Part shown: positions 22,520-32,861 of the stretch, one piece after another
Position numbering within the stretch: position 1 is the first letter of the stretch
Layout of the letters: every line of letters starts with the position of its first letter
From: Candidatus Krumholzibacteriia bacterium
GTDB lineage: Bacteria; Krumholzibacteriota; Krumholzibacteriia; Krumholzibacteriales; Krumholzibacteriaceae
Assembly (NCBI GenBank): GCA_963836185.1
Contig: CAWIIQ010000001.1
Coordinates: 2,112,001 to 2,176,000 of the forward strand
Length of the DNA: 64,000 bases
Direction of reading: 5' to 3'
Made by a program: the position numbers and the translations under genes
Notes under the pieces: generated by a model
Databases searched by the model: none
What the model was told of the DNA's origin: nothing
What the model saw: only the letters and a program-made list of their open reading frames with translations

Positions 22520-23819
22520 ACCTCTTCCTTTCCGCCCGCCAGCAGTCCGAGTTCACGGGACAGGCTCTCCGCGGCGGCTCTTCTCGAGAACTCCGGCCTC
22601 GGCGAGAGATCATAAGCTTCGTCAAGCTTCCCGCTGGAATACGCGGAGTACATCCTCTCGAGAGCTGCCGCCACCCCTTTCGCATCGTCCGGCCGGACCG
22701 TCTCGCCTCTCTGAAGCGAAGTGACTGACATCGGCGGCCTCTCCCTGTGGCGCGAGAGCAAGGACGGTCTTCGCGCGCCGATATATTCGTACAGCTTTCC
22801 CGGCACAAGCCCGTTGTATTTTTTATCGTCATGCTTGATGAGCAGAAGAACGTGGCTCTTTCGCTCCCTCTCGACGCATGCCGCATGAGGCATGTTGTCC
22901 TCGAAGGTCACTGCCCCTTCAAGACCGGTACCGCCAAACTCCTCGTTGACCGATTCCCTTGCTCCGATGAAGGTCACCTTCACATTTCCTCTCGCCCCGG
23001 GAACCGATTCGAAGAACCTTGACATGCCATCGAGGAATACGCGCGATCTGCGGCCGAGTGTCAGCATCCCGCAGTGCGTGATCCGCATGGGACCACCGGA
23101 AGGCCCCTCCTGCTCTCCCGCGAAATCCTCCTCATCGTACCCGTTCGGTATACGTACCGTGTTGCATGAAGGTATCTTTCGCGCCAGTTCATCCATCTGC
23201 CAGCGCGTCGTAACTGCGACCGCGCCGGCCCCGAGCGCCACTCGGCGTTCCATACCTTCGAGGATCGACCTGTGCAGCGGGCGAGACGGGATCGCGGAGA
23301 TAAAGAGATATCCACGGGTCCCTGAAATCCGCGAGCCACGGGATTCCGAATCTCGACGAGATCTTCATGCGCAGCCAGCTGCGTGCTGTCCGGAGGGCTT
23401 GTCGAATAGAGTGCGTCGAACATCTCCTCGCGGCAGAGCCGCGAGGCTGTCCTTACCGCGAAGGGCCGCCACCCGATATACGTGTCGGGCAGAAGAAAGA
23501 ACTCTCCCGCTTTCCTCATCGCCTCAAATCCTCCTGATGACCTGGCTCCGGCCGGCTGACCCGCGCGGCCGCCCTTCAAGCCCCGAGGATCCTGCCCGCC
23601 GATAGCGAACCGGTCCTTATGACACGTACATCCTCGGGGATCTGCTCGCTCGAGCGAGGGATCGCTGATCCAGAACTCGCCCGGCTTCGGAGTGACTACC
23701 GTTATATCCCAGCCCATCCTCGAGAGGTACTTGACGAACGACAGCGGCCGATAGACTCCTCCGCCCCCCGCGGGGGGAAAGAAATTGATAAGCATCAGAA
23801 GCTTCCGGGAAGGCATCAT
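22516..23819 (-). CDS. GT4-family glycosyltransferase (several frameshifts)
   Basis: FFPPAGGGGVYR..FVKYL, PDTYIGW, STSPP, IPNGYDEEDF, VPGKLYEYIGARRP, split across frames. Confidence 0.85.
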
Positions 23820-25364
23820 CTCTCCATTGAAAGCACCCAGCGGACCAGGCCCGAACCGGGCCTGCCCTGAAGCATCTCGACCAGCGTCCGTGATTCTTCA
23901 GGATCGAACAGGGACAGTCTTCTCACCGCCAGCCGCAGCAGGAAAGGGGCAAGCAGGATACATGCCGCGGCGGCGGGAAGATCCCACGCGGCGCAAGCCG
24001 CGGCTCCGGCTCCCGCGAAAAGCAGCGAAGCGGCCATTGCCCTCAGCATCGCCGAACCTCGCCGTACGGGGATAGAGCCCCTCCTTTTTCGCGAGGAGGA
24101 CCGCGGCAGGTGCACTGGACAGTCGACGCGGCCAGCTGAGCCGTGGCTGTGCCCGATCAGCCCCGCGTACGGGACGATCACGAAGAGGCCCGCGAAGTAG
24201 ACCACCATCCATGACAGATCGCAGACGACGGCCCATTTCATGTAGTGAAGCCCCTTCATAGCCGCTGTCAGAGGCGCTATGAAGGCAGCAATCGGAACGG
24301 TAGGCAGAAGCACAAGGAGAAGCCTGTAGGCGCCCGGGTAATCGGGTCCGCTGATCAGCGTGATCATGACGCCTCCTGTCGCTGCCGCGACGGCGGCTAT
24401 GGCAAGGGCAGCCATCACGCTCGCCTTTGTAAACAGCCCTATCCTTTCGGAGAGATCGTCCCATCTTCCCTCCTCATATATCCTCGTCAGCTCGGGCTGG
24501 AGTGCGATCACGGGGAAGCCGAGGAACCTCTTGATCAGCTGGTTGATCCTGGAGGCCACATGGTATATCGATATAGCCGCGACAGGGATGAGCGAGGACA
24601 TGACGAACCTGTCCACATCGGAGAATGCCAGAGCGGCATAGCTGAGCGCCAGCGCGCTGCCCCAGTAACCGGCCGGCGAAGGAAGCACTATCCCCCCGGC
24701 CGAGCTTTCCTTTTCGGCCGGGATAATTTCTTCTCAGGAGAACCAGGTATGACGGTATCCCCGCCGACCAGGCAAGCGTGTTGAACACGAACAGGGCCAT
24801 GAAGAGAAGGGTCACATCGAGCCGGTCGCGCCAGAGCAGGACAAGGGCAGTAAAAACGACCTGGAAGGCGAGCTCGAAGATCATCTGCGTCCGCATCTCC
24901 CGCAAACCGCTGAATCCCCCGTATAGAACGAGCTTCAGTCCCAGTGCGATCGACGCCAGTATCATCCATCTCAGGGTATCGCCAGGTACGGACAGGTTAT
25001 CCGGCATCAGACCCGACCATCGCGGCCCGGTAAAGAGAAGCACCGTTCCGAGAAGGATCACGACACTCGAGAAGAGAAAGAACCAGGCGGCGGCGCTCCC
25101 GCGCCTCCCCCTTCTCTGGAACGAGGGGATGTAGCGGATAAGGACCTGGGGAAGACCGACGAGGATGATCGTGGTCAGCAGGAGAGAAAACCCTCTCAGC
25201 GCGACATAAAGCCCGAAACGTTCCGAGCCGAGGTACCTGCTCAGCACCCCGAGCTGGACAAGAGTGAAGATCATCTGGAGGGCGCCGGCGACGGCGAGCG
25301 CGACAGTATTCTCCGCTATTCTCGACCGGCCCTTTTCTACCTTCTCCTCAACCACTCGAGCCAT
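23816..25364 (-). CDS. MOP/Wzx-like oligosaccharide flippase (frameshifted)
   Basis: ENTVAL...SRYLGSERFGLY...GLPQVLIRYI; second frame DVDRFVMS...IYHVASR...PELTRIY; many TM segments. Confidence 0.8.
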
Positions 25365-26323
25365 CTCCTCTTTTTTTCCAGGACAGGATAGAGATATTCC
25401 GTACCGCCCATCGATTCCTTGAAGAAGATCATGCCGGCGTCCCCGCCGCTGCTGCCGAGATTGAATGCCCGGGTGCCCCTGCCTATCGCCTCTCGAACCG
25501 CGACCATAACGAGATACGCTGCCGCGTCGTACTCATTAGCCTCAGGCGTGACCCCTGCCTGCCAGGCCTGGGCCGTGCCTCCGAAATAAAAATCGACATG
25601 CGCCGCCAGCAGAGAGTCCCCGAGGAAAGCTCCCCAGAAACAGACTCCTTCGTTCCCGCGGTGCAGCAGGCTCTCGAAAAACTCCCTGGGATAGGGATGG
25701 ACCCCTCCCCAGCCTGAAGCTCCGTTCATGTATATATCGTAGAAGAGGTCGAGGTCTCCTTCCCCTTCGAGCTTTCTTGCGACCACACCTTCCCGCTCGC
25801 ACCTGTTGCACAGCTGCCGGCGTTTCCTGTTCATCCCGGTGCTCCTGTACTGCTCGAACGAACCGGGCAGCTCGATGATCCTGCATTCCTCCATCCTGCA
25901 TACCCATCCGCGGGGCCTCCTGACTTCTCCGCTGAAGCTGATGAGATTAGTGCCTGCTCCAGCGCAGCGGGCGGAGGATGCCGCCGAGAAAAAGGCGTCG
26001 AGCAGGGCATCGCGTATATCCTCTTCAGTGGAAAGGGGATCGCCGTATGTCCCGAAAGGAAGCGAATGCATAGTAAAGGCAGGGCCCTTCGTCACTCTCA
26101 CAACGGGCATCAGCCCCGCAAGCCCTTTCTCGCCGCGGACCGTGAACCATCCACATTCATAACGCGGAAAAGATTCGGAGAGGATCTCCATCCAGGCGGG
26201 TGAATGAAAGAAAGTGGCATCCCTGAAAAGAGAGATGAATTCGAGGACTTCTTCTCGTGAAAGGTCAGTTTCGAAGCGGGTCTCCACCGGTCCTCCGTTG
26301 ATCACGAGCTTCGTCCCGGGCAT
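25337..26323 (-). CDS. GNAT/FemAB-like acyltransferase
   Basis: ATFFHSPAW, SLPFGTYG, YPREFFE, FNLGSSG...FFKESMGG. Confidence 0.8.
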   Translation of the reverse strand: MPGTKLVINGGPVETRFETDLSREEVLEFISLFRDATFFHSPAWMEILSESFPRYECGWFTVRGEKGLAGLMPVVRVTKGPAFTMHSLPFGTYGDPLSTEEDIRDALLDAFFSAASSARCAGAGTNLISFSGEVRRPRGWVCRMEECRIIELPGSFEQYRSTGMNRKRRQLCNRCEREGVVARKLEGEGDLDLFYDIYMNGASGWGGVHPYPREFFESLLHRGNEGVCFWGAFLGDSLLAAHVDFYFGGTAQAWQAGVTPEANEYDAAAYLVMVAVREAIGRGTRAFNLGSSGGDAGMIFFKESMGGTEYLYPVLEKKRRWLEWLRRR

Positions 26324-27744
26324 TCTCCGAAGCCGGGGATCAGCTCTGCCATCAGCCGCAGCACGTCATCCCTCTCCCCTGTCCTCGCCGCTTCGATGAG
26401 TCTGTCCACGTCGGCGCTGAAGGTGTCGCCCGTCGCCGAAGGCGATCTTGCGAGCATTATCTTCTCTCCGGGCGCCGGCGGATCGAGCGTCTCGTCCTCG
26501 CCGACAAGTACCTCATGGAGCTTCTCGCCTTCCCTGAGCCCGGTAAACTCTATCGGTATCTCTTCGTCCGGCTCGTGACCGGTCAGCATGATTATGTCCC
26601 TGGCCATCTCGAGGATATTGAGCGCCTCGCCCATATCAAGGATGTATGTCTCTCCGCCTTTTCCAGATACCGACGCCTGGATCACGAGTAGGGACGCCTC
26701 CTTGACCGTCATGAAGAATCTCGTGGCCCCCGGATGGCTGACCGTCACGGGGCCTCCCCTGCCGATCTGATCGACGAAGAGGGGGACGACGCTTCCGGTG
26801 CTTCCTATTACATTGCCGAACCGTACGGTGATGAAACTGCACCCGCTTTCCGGGTCGATCTTCCTCAGGTAGATCTCGACGAGCCGCTTTGTAGCCCCCA
26901 TCACACCTCTCGGATCCGCGGCCTTGTCGGTCGATATAAAGACAAAACGTTCCGCGCCGCTCTTTTCCACTGCCCGCGCCAGGTTGATCGTCGCCGCGAC
27001 ATTGTTCAGCACAGCCTCTTCAGGATCTCGTTCCATGTAATGAACGTGCTTGTGTGCGGCCGTGTGGTAGACAACATCGGGAGCGAGCCTGCCCATCACC
27101 TTGTCAAGCCTCTCAGCCTCTCGCATATTATTGATCACCGTGATTATCTCGAGCCCCGGATTGTCCGCCCTGATCTCCTGCTCTATGGCGAAGATCCTGT
27201 TCTCGCCCCGGCCGAGCATCATCAGCGCAGCCGGTTTGACACGGGCAAGCTGCCTGCACAGTTCACTCCCGATCGTGCCTCCCGCGCCGGTGACCAGTAT
27301 CTTCCTGCCTGAGAGTTCCCTCGCGGCAGAATCGAGATCAAAGCTGACTGTCTCCCTGCCGAGGAGGTCCTCTACCCTGACCTCCCGGATCTGGTCGATG
27401 TGGACCGTTCCGCGAATGATCTCCATGACCCCGGGAACAATCTTGTAAGCGACTCCCGCCCTGCGGCACCGCCTGATTATATCGCGCACGAACCTGCCCG
27501 GCGCAGTCGGTATCGATATGATCACTTCGTCGATACCTCGATCCGCGACGACCGATTCGAGCTCGGACGTCATGCCAAGCACCGGGGCTCCTTCGAACTC
27601 CGCACCCGCCAGGCTGGTATTGTCGTCGAGAAAACCCTCGACGGAAGCATTGATCCCGGAGGAACAGCCGATCTCCGATGCGATCATCCGGGCTGCCTCG
27701 CCGGCACCGACTATCAGGACCTTTCTGCACCTGTCGCCGATCAC
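26302..27744 (-). CDS. CapD/PglF-type nucleotide-sugar 4,6-dehydratase, soluble (no N-terminal TM block)
   Basis: GTG 27744 overlaps the upstream TGA; VLIVGAGEAA, EDLLGRE, VTGAGGTIGSEL, AAHKHV, STDKA, MGATKR, RFGNV, GLREGEKLHE. Confidence 0.92.
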   Translation of the reverse strand: MIGDRCRKVLIVGAGEAARMIASEIGCSSGINASVEGFLDDNTSLAGAEFEGAPVLGMTSELESVVADRGIDEVIISIPTAPGRFVRDIIRRCRRAGVAYKIVPGVMEIIRGTVHIDQIREVRVEDLLGRETVSFDLDSAARELSGRKILVTGAGGTIGSELCRQLARVKPAALMMLGRGENRIFAIEQEIRADNPGLEIITVINNMREAERLDKVMGRLAPDVVYHTAAHKHVHYMERDPEEAVLNNVAATINLARAVEKSGAERFVFISTDKAADPRGVMGATKRLVEIYLRKIDPESGCSFITVRFGNVIGSTGSVVPLFVDQIGRGGPVTVSHPGATRFFMTVKEASLLVIQASVSGKGGETYILDMGEALNILEMARDIIMLTGHEPDEEIPIEFTGLREGEKLHEVLVGEDETLDPPAPGEKIMLARSPSATGDTFSADVDRLIEAARTGERDDVLRLMAELIPGFGECPGRSS

Positions 27745-30092
27745 CTGATCACCGCAACCTTTCTCATGGAAGTCCCGCCGGTTCCCTTCACATGTACTAT
27801 ATATATTCCTGACGAGGCCTGGTACCCATTGAGAGTCAGGATGTCCCACGCGACCCCGCCCTCGGTCACCCCGTCCACCTCGTGGACGAGTTCACCCTCG
27901 AGGTTGTAGACGCGGATATCGACCAGGCCGCTTATCCTCGCTATCCTCAGCTCGTTGTCCCCCCTGGAGGCATGGACCGGATTCGGGTAGAGGATCATCT
28001 CGGACATCGGCACATTCTCTTCCACCGGTTCGTTCACATCGAAGCGCGCCAGCCCGTTATCCGTCCCTATCCACAGGAACCCTCCAGACGCGTCATACGC
28101 GAGGGCCCTGCAGGAATGATCTGGAAGGGGGGTAATGACATCTTCCGCATGATATATCTGATTGAGATCCTCCTGCCATTTCAGCGCGGTCGTGTATGCC
28201 GCCGATATCGTGCCGTCCTGCTCTATCCTGTTCATCCCCTTGTTTGTAGCGACCCAGAGCCCGCCGCGCCCGTCGAATTCGATGTCGTAGACCGTCCCGC
28301 CGATCAGGCCCACCCCGTTCGCGGTGGTCTTGACCGTGAAGGAATCGATAGATCCCTGCAGGTACCTGACGAGCCCGGCCGATGTTCCCACCCATATGCT
28401 GCCGTCCTGCCCGTATTCTATCGACCACAACTCCGTGCTGGGGAGCTGGTCCTCATCGAGGATCGTGATCATGTACTGGCCGTCGGAGCTGGTAAGCGTC
28501 GCCCAGCCGAACCCGTTGGTCCGCCAGTACATCACTCCGTACCCTTTCATGGCGATATATGCCCCCTGGCCGTCGAAGGCGCAGTCGATGACATTGCCTC
28601 CCTCCATCTGGGGATAGGAACCCGGATCGACCGTATACCAGTCGTCTCCGGCCCTGCTGGCGATGTTTATTCCCCACATCCCGCTCTCGAACCCGACATC
28701 GTCCGACATGAACCACCTGTTGCCGGCAGGATCCTCGCGCGCCTTCAGGAATCTGTTTGAACTGATCGTTCCCGTACCCACCGCGTAATGCGTCCATATA
28801 TCATCGCCTGTGTCTGACGGATCCCCGACGTCGATCCTGTCGAGATCATAGTCGAGGGCATTGCACCAGAGAAAGCCCTGCGAATCGCTCAGCAGGGCGA
28901 GATTATTGAAATAGAACGAGAGCGCGTCGTCATTTCCGACGTCGCTCCTCATCTTCGTATAGGAATTCCACCTGTCGCCCGTAGTCCGGACCGAGATTCC
29001 GTACCCTCCCGTGCTCGCCCAGACATTACCGGCCGGGTCGCAGTCGACGGCCACTATCTGATTCTGCGAGAGCCCTTCAGGCTGGAAGGAGGTCCAGTCC
29101 GTTCCGTTGAAGCCGAGTATATAGATACCTCTGAAGTCTTCCTCGAAGAAGCCGCCTGTCCATGGCAGCCCATCTCCGTCGACGGCGAGCGCTCCGAGGA
29201 TATTGAGGCTCCAGCCTATCCTGAATTCCTCCCGCTGCACCGTCTTCAGCGAGGTGGTGGCCTGGGAGGCCCAGTTGGCGCCGTTCCAGAGGTATACCCT
29301 CTCGGCGGTCACGCTGTACAGCTCGCCTCCCCCCGAGGCGACGGTGACAGGATCCATACCGAGACCCGGGCCGAGCACCGGCCACGATCCGTCGCCGAGG
29401 TGAAGGACATCGGGACCGGATACGCAGTAGACCTCACCGTCATCGATGCATACCGAGAGGACCTCTCCGATGCCGTAGAATGTATAGTCGAAGGTCCCCC
29501 GGTCGTAACTCACGATCCCGTCCTCGAAGGCGACCCACAGCAGGTTGCTGGAGGGATCCCACGTCATGTCATAGACGGTCCTGCCCGCCAGACTGTCGGT
29601 AAGTACAGGTTCACTGGAGGGTGAATTGTTGAAAAATTTCGCCACTCCCCCGGTGCCGCCGTAGTAGATATCGTCCTCGACCCTGAGAATGCACATCAGG
29701 CTGTCGCTGAGTATATCGTCGAGCGCCTCCGTATATTCCTTCACGGAAAAATCACCGTCCGGATCGTCTATCCGCGCGACCCCGGCGATCCTCATCGCCG
29801 CCCAGATGCTCCCCCTGCCATCGACAGTCACCGCCGTGATATCGTTCGACCTCAGGTCGAGTCCATCGAGATAACTGGTGAAGGTCGAGTCTCCCCGGTC
29901 GAAGAGAAGGATCCCGCCCCTCGTCGCGCACCAGAGGCTGTCGCCGAGTGCCGTGACCCGGCTGACCGCGCTCGAGTTCATATATACGTTCCAGTCGCCC
30001 GGCGCCCCCTGCGCCGCCCCTCCAGCCAGAAGAGCGGCAAGGACCATGTATCGTATCGCTTTCAACGTTCGACCCCCTTGCTGTAAAACCAC
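27741..30092 (-). CDS. PorZ-like secreted beta-propeller protein with a T9SS-type C-terminal domain
   Basis: Signal peptide; propeller repeats (DGRGSIW, DPAGNVW, DSQGFLW, DPAGNRW, GSIWVGTSAGL, GGLWVATNKG, LWIGTDNGL); C-terminal YPNP...VYNLEGELV...AWD...SSGIYIV...KVAVIR; ~780 aa. Confidence 0.7.
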   Translation of the reverse strand: MVLQQGGRTLKAIRYMVLAALLAGGAAQGAPGDWNVYMNSSAVSRVTALGDSLWCATRGGILLFDRGDSTFTSYLDGLDLRSNDITAVTVDGRGSIWAAMRIAGVARIDDPDGDFSVKEYTEALDDILSDSLMCILRVEDDIYYGGTGGVAKFFNNSPSSEPVLTDSLAGRTVYDMTWDPSSNLLWVAFEDGIVSYDRGTFDYTFYGIGEVLSVCIDDGEVYCVSGPDVLHLGDGSWPVLGPGLGMDPVTVASGGGELYSVTAERVYLWNGANWASQATTSLKTVQREEFRIGWSLNILGALAVDGDGLPWTGGFFEEDFRGIYILGFNGTDWTSFQPEGLSQNQIVAVDCDPAGNVWASTGGYGISVRTTGDRWNSYTKMRSDVGNDDALSFYFNNLALLSDSQGFLWCNALDYDLDRIDVGDPSDTGDDIWTHYAVGTGTISSNRFLKAREDPAGNRWFMSDDVGFESGMWGINIASRAGDDWYTVDPGSYPQMEGGNVIDCAFDGQGAYIAMKGYGVMYWRTNGFGWATLTSSDGQYMITILDEDQLPSTELWSIEYGQDGSIWVGTSAGLVRYLQGSIDSFTVKTTANGVGLIGGTVYDIEFDGRGGLWVATNKGMNRIEQDGTISAAYTTALKWQEDLNQIYHAEDVITPLPDHSCRALAYDASGGFLWIGTDNGLARFDVNEPVEENVPMSEMILYPNPVHASRGDNELRIARISGLVDIRVYNLEGELVHEVDGVTEGGVAWDILTLNGYQASSGIYIVHVKGTGGTSMRKVAVIR

Positions 30093-32122
30093 CGCGGATA
30101 TCTGCCGGTCAGACAGGGGATGACCGACCGGGCCATAAGCAGGATTCTTCCCGCAAAAGTCTGATTGTTCAACATCAATATTTCATCCGCCTCCGCGTCA
30201 TCCGGAGCGGCGGCCGGATCTACCCTCCACGAACCTGATATGCCGGGCCTGAGGACGGGCCATCCACCAGGGGTGCCTGAAGGCCGCGCCGGAGGCCCGA
30301 TCAGCGAAAGTCGTCCCGCGATGAGTTGAAGGGACAGAAGCGGCTTCACCAGATCCGAGGCCTCCCGTCCCGATCCCATCACTGCCCTCGGCCATCGAAG
30401 ATCGCCCCGCGCTCCCTTCCTCGTCTCTGTAAAGATCCTCACTCCTCCCCCGATCCTGCCCAGGGTCGCAAAGAAGGTATAGCAGAGGACCGAGACGGGA
30501 AAGAGGATCATGCCGGCGGCAAGATCGATGAGCCTCTGCATCCCCCGGGTAAGAAGGAAGGAGGTCCCTCTTTCGACCGAAAACATATATACGCCGCCCA
30601 TCCTCTCGGAACGGGTATCGCGGCCCGTCACCCGTGCCGCCGGAGATACGATATTTATCCTCAGGGATTTCGAGGCCGGACCGGTCATGATCCTCACGAT
30701 CGTGTCGTCCCTGACCGCGGAGGGCAGGATCATCAGTTCCTGGACCCTGAATCTCTCGACTACCGACTGGAGGTCCCCTATCCCGCCAAGCGCTCCCTCA
30801 CCATCTCCCACGCGCCCGATTATATCGATCCCCGCCGCTGGATTGTCGGACGCCTGAGCCGTGAATTCAGCCGCCTCCTCCGCATTCCCTGCAAGAAGGA
30901 CCCTTCTGAGGTCGAAGCTCGCGGAAACGAGGGCGCCGTGCACCCTGCGGATCAACCTTCTGGACATCGTGACGAGGATCACGGAAAAGACCGCGTGCCC
31001 GAGCAGTACCGCACGGGAGAATATCCTCACCTTCGTAAGGTACGAAGCCGTAAGAAGGACCGCGAATATTATCAGTACCGCCCTGAACACCGAGGAGAGT
31101 TCCTCGGCGAGCCCGGTCCCCCTTCTGATCCTGTACAGGCCGGTCGAGGTGAACGTGACAAGAAACAGGAAATTGAAAAATATTATAAATATCGAATACC
31201 AGCTGAGTGGATAGAGGCTGTTCTCGAAAAGGGGCTGAAGCGCTCCCCTGAGGTAGTAGGCAGCTAGGAAGCTCACGTTTATCGCTATCAGGTCGCTGAC
31301 GACGAAAACAAGCGACTTGATCGTACCCCTGTGGCGCCTCAGGAAATGGAATATGGTGTTCCACTTCTCGTAATAGCGCAGAAGGCTGAGCAGATGAAGG
31401 AGAAACGGTCTGCTCAACATCGATTTCGCGCTGGACCGTTCGTATGTGTGTATCATAACCGATTCGGGAACGTACCATACCTGCCTTCCATGCTGGTTCA
31501 TGCGGTAGCACCAATCGGTATCCTCGAAATAGAGGAAGAACCTCTCGTCCATCAGCCCCACTTCCTCGACTGCCTCTCGGCGGACGATCATGCAGGCGCC
31601 GATAAGCCAGTCGACCTCCCTCGCTCCGGCGTGGTTATAATCGCTCATCAGATGGTCCCGGAGCGCCTTCGCCCGGGGAAAGAGCTTCCCGAAGAATGTC
31701 CGCCTCAGGAAGAGGGCCCTGATCGTATAGAACGCCCGGCAGGAAGGCTGAACCGAACCATCGGGGAAAACTAGCTTTGAACCTGCGATACCTGCTTCCC
31801 GCTTTTCTTCCATGAACCTGACAAGCGCGTCGATCGAATCCTCCATGACGATGATGTCGGGATTGAGGATGAGGAAGTACCGGCCCGAGGAAGCGAGGAA
31901 GGCCTGGTTCACTCCCTTCGAATAACCCCTGTTGTCTTCGTTCGCTATCAGCCGCACGAAGGGGAACGACTCGCGGATCAGCGCCTGGGTCCCGTCGCCG
32001 CTTGCATTATCGACGACGATGACTTCGTATTCACCGCCAGGCGGATGCTCCTCGAGGGAACGCAGGCATTTCTCCACGGGGGAAAGGCTGTTGTGAGTTA
32101 CAATGACTATAGATAGATCCAT
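30062..32122 (-). CDS. GT2 glycosyltransferase fused to a WcaJ/WbaP-like membrane region and a degenerate phosphoglycosyltransferase domain
   Basis: VVDNASGDG, LNPD, GACM, FFLYFEDTDW; 4 TM segments; CoA-binding-like segment; RLIDL...LSLIGP...RPGISG. Confidence 0.85.
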   Translation of the reverse strand: MDLSIVIVTHNSLSPVEKCLRSLEEHPPGGEYEVIVVDNASGDGTQALIRESFPFVRLIANEDNRGYSKGVNQAFLASSGRYFLILNPDIIVMEDSIDALVRFMEEKREAGIAGSKLVFPDGSVQPSCRAFYTIRALFLRRTFFGKLFPRAKALRDHLMSDYNHAGAREVDWLIGACMIVRREAVEEVGLMDERFFLYFEDTDWCYRMNQHGRQVWYVPESVMIHTYERSSAKSMLSRPFLLHLLSLLRYYEKWNTIFHFLRRHRGTIKSLVFVVSDLIAINVSFLAAYYLRGALQPLFENSLYPLSWYSIFIIFFNFLFLVTFTSTGLYRIRRGTGLAEELSSVFRAVLIIFAVLLTASYLTKVRIFSRAVLLGHAVFSVILVTMSRRLIRRVHGALVSASFDLRRVLLAGNAEEAAEFTAQASDNPAAGIDIIGRVGDGEGALGGIGDLQSVVERFRVQELMILPSAVRDDTIVRIMTGPASKSLRINIVSPAARVTGRDTRSERMGGVYMFSVERGTSFLLTRGMQRLIDLAAGMILFPVSVLCYTFFATLGRIGGGVRIFTETRKGARGDLRWPRAVMGSGREASDLVKPLLSLQLIAGRLSLIGPPARPSGTPGGWPVLRPGISGSWRVDPAAAPDDAEADEILMLNNQTFAGRILLMARSVIPCLTGRYPRWFYSKGVER

Positions 32123-32140
32123 AAAGCTTCGATCGAGGGG

Positions 32141-32857
32141 TTATTTCCATCGCCTGGGATTCATGAACCTGAGCCTCCAGACCATGAACATCGCTTCCCA
32201 GACGATCTTGCGTGACATCTTCGAGATGCCGACCCGCCTGTCGGTAAAGATTATCGGTATCTCGACTATCCTGAATCCCTTTTTCCAGCAGAAGAAGTTC
32301 ATCTCGATCTGGAACGAATATCCGTCGCTTCTTATCGTATCGAGAGGGAGCTGCTCAAGAGTCTCGCGCCTGAAACACTTGAAGCCTCCCGTAGAGTCTT
32401 TCAATGGAAGGCCTGTGATGATACGTGTGTAGACATTCGCACCGTAGCTGAGGATCAGCCTGCTCAGGGGCCAGTTGATGACGGTGATCCCGTGGAGATA
32501 TCTCGAACCGATCACCAGGTCCCGTCCCTCCGCTGCCTCGAGGAATTCCGGTATCGCGCCGGGGTCATGAGAGAAATCGGCGTCCATCTCAAATACGAAC
32601 TGCGTATCTGTGTTGGCCAGCGCCCACTTGAATCCAGCAATGTATGCCGATCCAAGCCCGAGCTTTGCCTCCCTGTGGATGGCGTGTATACGCGGCTCCG
32701 AGGCCGCCCGCCTGTCAACGATATCCCCCGTACCGTCGGGAGAATTGTCATCAACGATGAGGATCTCATATTCCTCGCCCAGCGCGAGGACCGCATCTAT
32801 GATCTCCCCGATATTTTCCTTCTCGTTGTATGTCGGTACGACTATCAGCGCTTTCAA
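32141..32857 (-). CDS. Polyprenol-monophosphomannose synthase (DPM1/Ppm1-like GT2)
   Basis: PTYNEKEN, VDDNSPDGTG, KLGLGSAYIAGF, EMDADFSHDP, DSTGGFKCFR, GYSFQIEM, FTDR..G.SKMS. Confidence 0.92.
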   Translation of the reverse strand: MKALIVVPTYNEKENIGEIIDAVLALGEEYEILIVDDNSPDGTGDIVDRRAASEPRIHAIHREAKLGLGSAYIAGFKWALANTDTQFVFEMDADFSHDPGAIPEFLEAAEGRDLVIGSRYLHGITVINWPLSRLILSYGANVYTRIITGLPLKDSTGGFKCFRRETLEQLPLDTIRSDGYSFQIEMNFFCWKKGFRIVEIPIIFTDRRVGISKMSRKIVWEAMFMVWRLRFMNPRRWK

Positions 32858-32861
32858 TTCT

